Assembly (NCBI GenBank): GCA_947465495.1
Contig: CANIAS010000007.1
Coordinates: 444-64,443, forward strand
Length of the DNA: 64,000 nucleotides
Origin: Candidatus Pollutiaquabacter sp.
GTDB taxonomy: Bacteria > Bacteroidota > Bacteroidia > AKYH767-A > 2013-40CM-41-45
Direction of reading: 5' to 3'
Shown here: positions 8,921-18,900 of the stretch, piece by piece
Numbering within the stretch: position 1 is the first letter of the stretch
Layout of the letters: each line of letters begins with the position of its first letter
The notes under the pieces: model-generated
What the model was told of the DNA's origin: nothing
The model's input: the letters and a program-made list of their open reading frames with translations, nothing else
Database searches by the model: none
Position numbers and translations under genes: made by a program

Positions 8921-11416
8921 ATGAAAAATTATTACTCAAAATTCCTGTGCTTGTTTTTCTTGTCGCTGCTTGTATCCTTTGGTATGACAGCACAGACCAA
9001 TCAGTATCTTGATTTCGACGGCGTGGATGATTTTGTCAGTATTCCGAATGGAAGTGCTACGATTGCTGGTTCCAATGCAATTACTATTGCCGGATGGTTT
9101 TACGATAATCAGCTTTCATACGGACAGGGTTTGATGGGCTTTCGTGGAACAGCAGGAGGGTTTTATTTGATTCAGCTCAATACAGGTGCTATTGAATGTC
9201 GCTTGTTGAATTCTGCAGGTACACTCTACACTTACAATGCTCCTAACTTGACCATTGTTCCGCAAGTTTGGCAACATTATGCATGGGTATACAATGGTTC
9301 TAACATCTCCTTATACAGGAATGGAGTGCTGTTGGGCGGTGTTGCTGCAGCAGGATCGATTTCCGCTACCAACATCCCATTTACTATTGGAAAAAGTCCG
9401 TTGAGTGGTTTTAACTTTCTCTATAATGGTCGTATCGACGAGGTCTCTGTTTGGAATAAAGCACTTACGGCTACTGAAATCCAGGATATGATGACGAACG
9501 AGCTTACAGGGACAGAGCCGAATTTGAAAATGTATTACAAGTTTAACCAAGGTGTTCCTGCTGGTAACAATACTAGCATTACCAAATTAATTACCGAAGT
9601 TAATTCTCCATTGTACGATGGCGATTTGTACAACTTTGCGTTGAACGGCGCTACTTCTAATTTTAACGGCACGTTGAATACTTCTTTCCAGGCGATCTCT
9701 TTTCCTCAAATTGCTACACAATTGACCACTACAGCTTCCGTGCAGTTGGGTGCAACAGCGTCTTCGGGCCTTGCAGTAAATTATTCAGTGGAGTCAGGTC
9801 CAGCCACTGTGAATGGAAACATCGTAACGTTGACAGGGCCAGGAACTGTGTGTATTCGTGCGAGTCAATTGGGAAATGCAGCCTATGATTCTGCTACATC
9901 GGTAGTGAACTGTTTTGATGTTGTTGATCCTGCGCAGAACTTGCCCATCGTTGAAGCTCGTAATCCGGTGGATGGAGCCGACGTGTACATGCCTACCTTA
10001 GGCATGTTGCAGCTAGCAGCGAAAGTGTCCATAGATTATCCGTCGTTGTTCAATGTTCAAAATGTTCATTTCGTAGTCAACGGACAAACGTTGCCCACGG
10101 TGAATCATGGAAATGGTCATTATACTTCTTGGTGGACGCCATCGTCGTTTGGATCACATATGTTTCAAATCGTTTCTACCAGTAACTATGGAGCCACCAA
10201 TACGGTGAACGTTACGGTGAACGTGACTTCTACCGCGACCGACCTTTCCAATGTTCAAGCATTCAGTGGTATTTGGTTAAATACGGATTCCATCTCAGCC
10301 ATGCGCGATGGCGTGTTGCCTTCTTTTGTAGGCGCCTATGATACGATCATCGCTACATTGGTCGTTACTTGTCCTCCGGGCGGATGCGGTCCTTGGGATC
10401 GCGTGGCCAGCATTGATGCCCAAGGCAAAGATGGTCGGTGGTTTGAGATTATCCGTTACATTACGCCGTATGGTGTCCCTTGTACGCATCGAATCAACCT
10501 GACGGATTATATGTCCATCTTACAAGGTAAGGTGACATTCCGTGCTAACTGTGCTACATTGGACAATGGTTTCCAATACGAATTGAAATTCGATTTCAAA
10601 GCCGGTACGCCGCCTCACAAATACAGCAGTGTGACCAACGTTTGGAAAGCGATTTACCCTTTTGGAGATTATTCCAATTTGCAACCTGTCCCATCGTTCA
10701 ACTATACCTATCCTACGGATGCTGTTGCGTCCAAATTGAAGCTTGTCAGTACTGGTCACGGTTGGGGAAGTTTGAATACCAGCAACGCAGCCGAGTTCTA
10801 TAGTGCTACGCATAACATTTGGGTGAATGGGGCTAGTACATTTGCGCAGCTGAATTGGTTAACCTGTAGCCCTAATCCTGATGGTTGTTCGCCTCAAAGT
10901 GGAACATGGACCTATGCACGAGCCGGTTGGTGTCCGGGAGCGATTGCACCTTATTTCGATTACGACATGACTTCCTTCATCGCACAATCGAATGTGAGTT
11001 TGGATTACAAATTCTTTACAGGCTATGTGGATCAGTGCCATCCAAACAATCCGAATTGCGTGACAGGTGTCACTTGCAGCGATTGTAACGATGGTTTTAA
11101 TCCGCAGCTGGATGTAAACTGTAATCTGATTACATTCTATGATTCTACAATTACACTTGGAATACAAGAAAATGATTATGTAGGGTTTGTCGTGTTTCCT
11201 AATCCTACCTCTGGTAATTTCACGTTGTCTTCCGGCGGGAAGTCAAACCTACACTATGACGTAACGGTCATGGATTTAATGGGTAAATCCGTGTTAGAAT
11301 TTGAATGGAATGGCGACCGCCAACTGGTTGATTTAAACTCGCAGCCAAAGGGAGTGTATATCGTACGTGTCAGCAATGGCAGTTCAAATTCCTTTAAGAA
11401 AATTGTGCTGCAGTAG
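8921..11416 (+). CDS. secreted multidomain protein: LamG/concanavalin-like lectin domain + Ig-like domain + PNGase F-like (peptide-N4-(N-acetyl-beta-glucosaminyl)asparagine amidase) domain + T9SS CTD
   Basis: The N-terminus is LamG-like (YLDFDGVDDFVSIPN…RIDEVSVWNKALTATEI). The middle region carries motifs close to Elizabethkingia PNGase F: 'PWDRVASID…GRWFEIIRYITPYGVPC' versus 'EWDRYANVYV…GEWYEIGRFITPYWVG', and 'GTWTYARAGWCPGAIAPY' versus 'GNWAPDRAGWCPGMAVPT'. It ends in 'FPNPTSGNFTL…VYIVRV'. Confidence 0.7.
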   Translation: MKNYYSKFLCLFFLSLLVSFGMTAQTNQYLDFDGVDDFVSIPNGSATIAGSNAITIAGWFYDNQLSYGQGLMGFRGTAGGFYLIQLNTGAIECRLLNSAGTLYTYNAPNLTIVPQVWQHYAWVYNGSNISLYRNGVLLGGVAAAGSISATNIPFTIGKSPLSGFNFLYNGRIDEVSVWNKALTATEIQDMMTNELTGTEPNLKMYYKFNQGVPAGNNTSITKLITEVNSPLYDGDLYNFALNGATSNFNGTLNTSFQAISFPQIATQLTTTASVQLGATASSGLAVNYSVESGPATVNGNIVTLTGPGTVCIRASQLGNAAYDSATSVVNCFDVVDPAQNLPIVEARNPVDGADVYMPTLGMLQLAAKVSIDYPSLFNVQNVHFVVNGQTLPTVNHGNGHYTSWWTPSSFGSHMFQIVSTSNYGATNTVNVTVNVTSTATDLSNVQAFSGIWLNTDSISAMRDGVLPSFVGAYDTIIATLVVTCPPGGCGPWDRVASIDAQGKDGRWFEIIRYITPYGVPCTHRINLTDYMSILQGKVTFRANCATLDNGFQYELKFDFKAGTPPHKYSSVTNVWKAIYPFGDYSNLQPVPSFNYTYPTDAVASKLKLVSTGHGWGSLNTSNAAEFYSATHNIWVNGASTFAQLNWLTCSPNPDGCSPQSGTWTYARAGWCPGAIAPYFDYDMTSFIAQSNVSLDYKFFTGYVDQCHPNNPNCVTGVTCSDCNDGFNPQLDVNCNLITFYDSTITLGIQENDYVGFVVFPNPTSGNFTLSSGGKSNLHYDVTVMDLMGKSVLEFEWNGDRQLVDLNSQPKGVYIVRVSNGSSNSFKKIVLQ

Positions 11417-11678
11417 TTTAGCGGATAAAGTCATCCTTCAATGGGTAGATGTCCTAGGTCAAATCCCTGGATTAGGCGTATGGTTTTCGAGGCATTAGTG
11501 GTTGAAAGACTAAGTTCGGTTTTAGCCGATTGCCTGTTTTTTTAGCACTATTTTTCAGTCAGAAATCTGAACTGAAAGTGACTTTTGTCCTTAAATTTGC
11601 AGTTTTAGCCAACAATATTTTGATAAGGTTGTTTTTATTGGTTAATTGCCTATCAGTCAGCCGATTCAATTGATAAAA

Positions 11679-14600
11679 ATGCCCTTTTTTGGCTTAAAAT
11701 ACCGTATTGCCGCATTTTACCTGGTAGTACTGACATTTTTTAGTCATTTCGTGTCAGGTCAATCAATGGGTGTTTCCCAACAGCCGTTGAGAAACGCCAG
11801 TGGCGAGTATTACTATCCATCTACTAGAAAAGCCACGACGGGAATTCCTGCCGGGGCACTTCGTACCATTCAAAAGCAAAACGAGCTTTTGAAAAGTCAG
11901 GGTAGAAATGTGACGGTGCATTCTTACAGTCGAGCTTCCAGTTCAACATCTTCCAGTGTATGTGGCACCTGTCATGACATGGGTGTTGAAAATGGTTGGA
12001 GTGTATGGCAAGCCCAAGAGGGGTATGCCCGGTTTCTAGTGGGAGATACTTTTTTATCGCCAATTGTTCCTGCTGCTCAGCGATTTAATATTACAACAGG
12101 AGCAGGCATTGATCGCTTGACGCCTGGAGTAAATGCTGGGGATCCTCCAATTACTGTTGTTGCCCCACCCGGATTCGGAAACAGTTCGATACAACTTGGT
12201 CAGTTAGAAACGGACGGACAAGGTGGTGGATGCCTTCCTCCTCAACAGCCTGGACAGCAACAGCAGGGGCAAGGGTGTGCGGAGCGACTTACCTATTGTT
12301 TCACCGTAGGTATTTTAGATACCAATTTCATCTACGCCTACGCCTTTGTGATGGAGAACCCTACGGATTCTGTCAGTTCGCATTTGCCGGATGACATGCC
12401 GTACGTGGAGTTTTTAATGCTGGATGCAAATGGCGATACAATTCAATGCGCCTATCAGCAGTATATCGCCAATCAAGCTTTTGGTGGTCAGTATAAGTGC
12501 AATGCTTCAAGAGCCTCAACATCAGGGGCCTTTCGTGATACGGCAATTTATAAGCCCTGGACCATCGAGGGTGTCAACCTGACCAATTACATTGGGCAGA
12601 ATCTAACGGTGGTGATTACGAACGCTGACTGCACTTTGGGAGGTCACTTCGCACATTCCTATTGGGATTTTGCCTGCGGATCCAATGCATCGGTTATTAA
12701 ACCCAATTGTTATCCGAATGCACCCGATACCTTAGTGGGACCGGCTCCGCCAGACTCTTCCATTTCTTATTCGTATTTGTGGTTTAAGAATAATGATCCG
12801 GTCTCTATCGGGAATACTCAGGTGATCACGCCGTATTCTCAGAATGGTGATACCTTCACGGTGAAGGTGTCTTCAGCGGCTGGATGCGATTGGTACGCAC
12901 GGTTTATTCCACAGCATTTCAACATAACGACTGATTTTAATTATAGTACTCATTGTGGTTATGCGGATTTTTCGGATACCAGTTTTTCGCCATCTACCGA
13001 AGATCCTATCAGTTATTGGTCGTGGAATTTCACATCGGGTAATCCTGCGGTTTCTGCTACTGCCAGTCAGTCGAACGTAAGGTTCCCGCCAGGATCTTAT
13101 GCCGTCCAGCTTATTTCAGGTACCTATTCGCCGGGTTGCCGTGATACGATTACCAAAACAATCCGAGTGCCGCAGTATCCAGTGGCAGACTTTGCTACAA
13201 ATGATTTATGTGCTGGAACTCCTTTAGCACTCTTGAATAATTCCACCGTATCGGTGGGCGATACCCTCCAGACGTATCGATGGGATTTTTCGGGTGGCAA
13301 TCCGGATACATCTTCCGTTCGCACACCTTCCGTAGTTTATGCTTCCGCCGGTACTTACCAGGTTTCCTTGTTTGTCAGCACTACCAATGGTTGTTCGGAT
13401 TCCACACGACATTCAGTGATTGTTCACGAGGTCCCAGTTGCCGACTTTTTGGTAGACTCGGTGTGCCTTGGAGATACTATCACATTGATCAATCAAAGCT
13501 TATTTTTGGATCCGAACGATACGTTGTCGTACGCATGGACAATCCCCGGCGGACTTCCGTCGTCAACGAACGTGGAGGACACGGTGGTGGTTTACAATAC
13601 TCCGCTATCATCGCAAATACAGCTTATTACTACATCGCAGTTTGGATGCGCTGACACAATTCGCCGTACAGCAGTCGTTCATCCATTGCCTGTTGCTTCT
13701 TATTCTGCACCAAGGGTGTGTTATGGAACGCCGATTGCAATATCCAATTCCTCTGCCGTATCGATGGGTGACACCGTTCAGTCGTATGCATGGAAATTCC
13801 CCAATGGTGTTCCTACTACTTCGTCCGACTCATCCCCGGTAGTTACTTTTTCCTTGTTGGATACCTCCTTCACGACCCTTGTAGTTACTACTGTGAACGG
13901 ATGTAAGGATACTGCCAACGTAGCCATAGTAGCCACTGCTGATCCTTCGGCAACTTTTATTGCTAATTCATTGTGTGTATTTGATACGCTTCATGTACTG
14001 AATACTTCATCGACAAATCCACCGGGAGAACCGATGTATTTTTCGTGGGATGTTTCAGGGAGTAACTCCATGACAACCACTGATGAAAACCCCACAGTGT
14101 ATTATACGATTCCTGATAGTTCGTTGATTACCCTGATCGCAACAGCAGTGGGAGGTTGTGCGGATACCATTCAAAAGAAAATTGCCATCTATCCACTTCC
14201 CGCTCCAGCAATTAATGTGTCTAACATTTGTTTTGGCGATACGGCACATGTATTGAATGCAACAACGTTGTCGCCGGGGGATACCATTTCTTCCTACCGA
14301 TGGTCCTTTCAGGAGGCAACGCCTCCGACTTCCACAGTAATTTCTCCTTCCGTCTATTTCAATGCTCCAGGGGCATTCGACATTTCACTAGTTGCTACAA
14401 CCAAGCATGGTTGCGTAGACTCAACCTTGTCTCAAATTGTAGTCTATCGTCCGCCTGTGGCTGCGATTAGTCCTGGTGACTCTGGTTGCGTTCCTGTATG
14501 CAGGACATTTACTGATTTATCAATTCCGAACGATGGTACGATTGACCAATGGAATTGGAGTTTTCCGGGAGGCGTACCTGTACGTTCTACGGATCAAAAT

Positions 14601-15308
14601 CCTGGAGAGATATGCTACGATGAGCCGGGGGTTTATCCTGTTTCATTAGACATTGTAAGTTCAACAGGGTGTAAGTCCAGTTTGTTGGTGGATAGCATGA
14701 TCCGTGGATATTCATTGCCGAATGCAGATTTTTCAATAAGTACACAAGGTGTAACGTATAGCAATCCTGTTTTCTGGTTCGATGATAACAGCAGTGATAA
14801 TGTTGTAAAATGGGAATGGGATTTTGGTGATGGATCGCCAATTGATGCCACTGGGCCTAATCCTTATCATTCATATGCATCATCGATGACGGGTAATGAT
14901 TTTTACAATTACGTTACTACGTTGTTGGTGACTACCAAGTATGGTTGTGTGGATACGATTTCCAGGCCATTGGATGTTACGCCTAATTTTACGTTCTATA
15001 TTCCAAGTTCATTTACTCCTAATGGCGATCTCAATAACAATACCTTTTACGGGAAAGGGCTTGGAATTACTGAATACGAGATTTGGATTTTTGATCGTTG
15101 GGGATTGGAGTTGTATTACTGCAAGGAGAAAGGCTCCAATGTGCCGTACGATACTTGGGGAGAAGAGGGCATGCCGGCTGCATGTCAATGGGATGGGAAG
15201 TTGTTCGGAAAGACGGTCCAGCAAGATGTATATGTTTGGAAGGTCCGACTAAAAGATATTTTTGGAAAGGTGCATTCCTATCTCGGAAGAGTGACAGTCT
15301 ATTATTGA
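11679..15308 (+). CDS. PKD-repeat adhesin-like protein with gliding-motility-associated (T9SS type B) C-terminal domain
   Basis: Length 1210 aa from the verified ATG. About nine PKD-like units of roughly 85 aa are present (…GDT..SY.W.F.GG.P.TS….P.V.Y……V.L.V.T..GC.D…). The C-terminus reads 'FYIPSSFTPNGDLNNNTF…WDGK…YVWKV'. Confidence 0.65.
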   Translation: MPFFGLKYRIAAFYLVVLTFFSHFVSGQSMGVSQQPLRNASGEYYYPSTRKATTGIPAGALRTIQKQNELLKSQGRNVTVHSYSRASSSTSSSVCGTCHDMGVENGWSVWQAQEGYARFLVGDTFLSPIVPAAQRFNITTGAGIDRLTPGVNAGDPPITVVAPPGFGNSSIQLGQLETDGQGGGCLPPQQPGQQQQGQGCAERLTYCFTVGILDTNFIYAYAFVMENPTDSVSSHLPDDMPYVEFLMLDANGDTIQCAYQQYIANQAFGGQYKCNASRASTSGAFRDTAIYKPWTIEGVNLTNYIGQNLTVVITNADCTLGGHFAHSYWDFACGSNASVIKPNCYPNAPDTLVGPAPPDSSISYSYLWFKNNDPVSIGNTQVITPYSQNGDTFTVKVSSAAGCDWYARFIPQHFNITTDFNYSTHCGYADFSDTSFSPSTEDPISYWSWNFTSGNPAVSATASQSNVRFPPGSYAVQLISGTYSPGCRDTITKTIRVPQYPVADFATNDLCAGTPLALLNNSTVSVGDTLQTYRWDFSGGNPDTSSVRTPSVVYASAGTYQVSLFVSTTNGCSDSTRHSVIVHEVPVADFLVDSVCLGDTITLINQSLFLDPNDTLSYAWTIPGGLPSSTNVEDTVVVYNTPLSSQIQLITTSQFGCADTIRRTAVVHPLPVASYSAPRVCYGTPIAISNSSAVSMGDTVQSYAWKFPNGVPTTSSDSSPVVTFSLLDTSFTTLVVTTVNGCKDTANVAIVATADPSATFIANSLCVFDTLHVLNTSSTNPPGEPMYFSWDVSGSNSMTTTDENPTVYYTIPDSSLITLIATAVGGCADTIQKKIAIYPLPAPAINVSNICFGDTAHVLNATTLSPGDTISSYRWSFQEATPPTSTVISPSVYFNAPGAFDISLVATTKHGCVDSTLSQIVVYRPPVAAISPGDSGCVPVCRTFTDLSIPNDGTIDQWNWSFPGGVPVRSTDQNPGEICYDEPGVYPVSLDIVSSTGCKSSLLVDSMIRGYSLPNADFSISTQGVTYSNPVFWFDDNSSDNVVKWEWDFGDGSPIDATGPNPYHSYASSMTGNDFYNYVTTLLVTTKYGCVDTISRPLDVTPNFTFYIPSSFTPNGDLNNNTFYGKGLGITEYEIWIFDRWGLELYYCKEKGSNVPYDTWGEEGMPAACQWDGKLFGKTVQQDVYVWKVRLKDIFGKVHSYLGRVTVYY

Positions 15309-15357
15309 TCCTGTCGTATCTTGTGGTGGAAAATCTGCTGCCTAATCTCCCGCTTTT

Positions 15358-15810
15358 GTGCTTCCACTAAAATCCTTATTGATTGATCATTGTGAACGAT
15401 ACTGTGCACAGCGAATTCACGCAGCCCAGGAAGCTATGCGTTCTGCTCAGGATTCAGCTAACGACGAAACAAAGAGTAGTGCAGGGGATAAGCATGAAAC
15501 GGGTCGAGCCATGGCCATGCTGGAAGTAGAAATGAATTCGCGTCAACTTCGAGAGGCGGAATCGCTTCAGGATATTTTCAGGAGAATTGATTTTAATCGT
15601 TCATCTGAAACGATTGTCCCTGGATCTTTGGTGATGACCACGCAGGGTGTATTTTTGATTGCCATTAGTGCAGGTACGGTTCGGATGGAAGATCAGACTT
15701 GTTTTCTGATAGCGCCGGACGCTCCAATCGGACGATTATTGATGGGAAAAAGAGCCGGAGATGTATTTTTATTTCAGGGCAGGGAGTTTTGCATTTTAAC
15801 GATCGGTTAA
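15358..15810 (+). CDS. GreA/GreB-family transcription elongation factor-like protein
   Basis: C-terminus '…SPIGRLLMGKRAGDVFLF..REFCILTI' parallels GreA '…SPIARGLIGKEEDDVVVI…EFEVIKV'. A charged N-terminal coiled-coil region precedes it. First start-like codon is GTG at 15358, with an ATG at 15436. Confidence 0.45.
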   Translation: MLPLKSLLIDHCERYCAQRIHAAQEAMRSAQDSANDETKSSAGDKHETGRAMAMLEVEMNSRQLREAESLQDIFRRIDFNRSSETIVPGSLVMTTQGVFLIAISAGTVRMEDQTCFLIAPDAPIGRLLMGKRAGDVFLFQGREFCILTIG

Positions 15811-15984
15811 TCCCTCATTTAGTTTTAAAAAAACCATTAAAATCCATTTTGCACACAGTTTAATGTGGGATTGTTTATTGATATTTGTCAGCTTTAATGC
15901 TGTTTATTTTAGTAAATTCGAGAGGCATTACCCGTTATTAACTCCGTGCGATTGCATCAGAACACTTTGAAAGTTGCTCCGTCG

Positions 15985-18900
15985 ATGACGGTTAACTCCA
16001 TTCGATGGTGCTATCGCATCTTTTTATGGGTTACTGTACTTTTTGCTTCAGTGCCCGCTCAAAGTCAGTACCTGATTATGAACGAGGTTTCAAACGGAGC
16101 AGTCGGAAATCAAGAGTACGTTGAGTTTCTAGTGGTGAGCGATTCGGTGACGTATGATTGCAATAGTCCTGTCCCTCCTTGCATTGATATTCGAGGTTGG
16201 ATTTTCGATGACAACAATGGGTATCATGGTAATGATGGTGTGGCAGGTGGTGCTGTCCGGTTTTCTCAAAATCCTTTATGGTCTTGCGTTCCCCTTGGAA
16301 CAATCATCGTGCTTTACAATGACGCAGATAGGAACCCCGCAATCCCGGCTGATGACCTTTCGCTGTCCGATGGTAATTGCAACATCACCGCTCCCTTGAA
16401 TAGTACATTGTTCGAGTCCAACACTACCACGCCAGGGGCAATTGCTTGTTCATATCCCGCAACCGGTTGGACGCCTGGAGGTAATTGGAACAATACGGTG
16501 TTGGCCAACACCGGCGATTGCGCTCGTATTGTCAACCTGGCAGGATGTGAAGTTTTTTCATTGTGCTATGGACCAGATTCGCTGAATAATTTGATTTATT
16601 TTCCGACGTCCGGTGGTCAACGCAATTGGTACTTTAATGGAGGGGATCCTCGTATTCAAGCAAATTGGAGCGGAGGGAGCTCTTCTCCATCACCAGGTAC
16701 CCAAACTCCGGGTCTGCCAAATAATGCTGCTAACGCGGCTTATATCCAGCAGTTCAATAACTCCTGCATGCCCATCACTCCGATACAAGTTACAGCCTTG
16801 GTCAGTAACTCAGGATGTTCTTGCAATGGAACTGCTATTGCCCGAGCGATCGGTTCTATAGGTGGTTACACGTTTGAATGGTTTAATGGATCTTTTCAGT
16901 CCCTTGGACAGACGGATTCGGTGGCTACTGGTTTATGCCCCGGTCTCTATTACGTGATTGCCACTTCTCATATCGGATGCTCTGACACAGCAAGTGTTTA
17001 TGTTTCACAAACAGGTAACGTGACGATGACTGCAACAGGTGCCACAGCTTGTGCTGGCAGTGCAGTAACTATTTCAGCAACTGCGTCATCTGCAGGTGGA
17101 AATTATCTGTGGTCGCCAGGTGGAGCAACTGCAGCATCCATTTCAGTGAACCCTGCTTCCACAACGGTATATTCATGTACCTATACCCTCGGCTCTTGTC
17201 AAACGACCACTACTGCCACAGTAACCATAAATCCAGTTCCTGCGATTTCAGTGCCTTCGTCGATTGTGTGCGCTGGTGTTGCAGCTACCTTGGCAGCTAC
17301 GGTTTCCCCAGCCGGTGGTACCTATGTTTGGTCGCCTGGCGGACAAACCACAAATTCAATAACCGTCAGTCCAGCAACTACTACGAATTATTCCGTCACG
17401 TATACGTTGAGTGGTTGCACGGCATCGGCTACTAATTCAGTTACTGTAAATCCTATACCTACAGTTAGTGCCACTTCAACAACGATTTGTTCAGGTAGCA
17501 ACGCAACAGTAACTGCATCAAGTTCGCTTCCGGGCGGAACGTATGCATGGTCACCCGGCGGACAAACCACCTCTTCGATTACGGTTAGTCCGGCTACAAC
17601 CACCAACTATACCGTCACCTATACGCTAAACAATTGCTCGTCGACCTCAACAGGAAGAGTTACGGTAAATCCATTGCCTACGGTTAGTGTTGCTGCGTCC
17701 ACCATTTGTGCCGGATCAACAGCAACGATGACTGCAGTTCCTTCGCTTTCCGGTGGAACCTATGCTTGGTCGCCCGGCGGACAAACCACGAACGCTATCA
17801 GTGTTATTCCTGCGAATACAACAATCTACTCTGTGGTATATACATTAAGTGGCTGTGCTGCCTCCGACACATCAGTAGTCACTGTCAATCCATTACCCGT
17901 AGTGTCAGTGAATTCTCCTTCCATCTGCAGAGGTTCCGTCGGCACGCTTTCGGCTTCTGGAGCAACATCGTATTCATGGTCTTCGGGTAATATCAGTAGC
18001 TCGATTACTGTATCTCCCGTTAGTACCACCAATTATACTGTGACAGGAACTACTAGTGGTTGTTCGTCGTCGACAATTTCCACACTTACTGTGTTGCCGT
18101 TACCTGTTGTTACGGTTAATTCAGATTCGGTGTGTGCAGGAGGCTCATTGAATCTACAAGCCACAGGAGCTACTTCCTATTCATGGAGCAATGGAGCTGC
18201 AGGAAGTATTATTACAGTGACACCATTTACTACCACAAGTTATACCGTTGTTGGGACTACGGCCGGTTGTACAGCCACTGCTATAAGTACAGTGAATGTC
18301 GTTCCGGCACCTGTTGTTGCTGTAAATTCTGTGTCAATTTGCAGAGGAAGTAGCGCTGTTCTAATAGCTACCGGCGCATCTGATTATCAATGGAGCAATG
18401 GCGCTACTACCCCCATCATTTCGGTTTCTCCTGCCAATACATCTACATATACTGTGGTAGGGAGTATTGGCACTTGCAATTCATCGGCTATTGCTACAGT
18501 CACCGTGCGGCCTCTGCCTATAGTCCTTGTATCTTCCGCTGTTATTTGTGCTGGTCAATCCACATCACTCAATGCCTCAGGCGCTAGTGTGTATTCATGG
18601 AGTAATGGCTCTGTGAATAATTCAATTACGGTTTCGCCAGCTGTAACAACCAACTATACGGTGGTAGGTACTACCAATTCATGCTCTGATACGGCCTTAT
18701 CAATTGTAACTGTCAATCCGTTGCCGTTGGTTTCTGTGAATTCAGCTACCATTTGTCCTGGCTCAACGGCTATTCTTTCAGCAAACGGTGCTACTTCATA
18801 TCAATGGTCCAACGGTGCTACGCAGCCATCCATAAGTGTTTCGCCCATGTCGACTACCACATATTCCGTAGTGGGCACAACCCTTGGTTGTTCAGCTACT

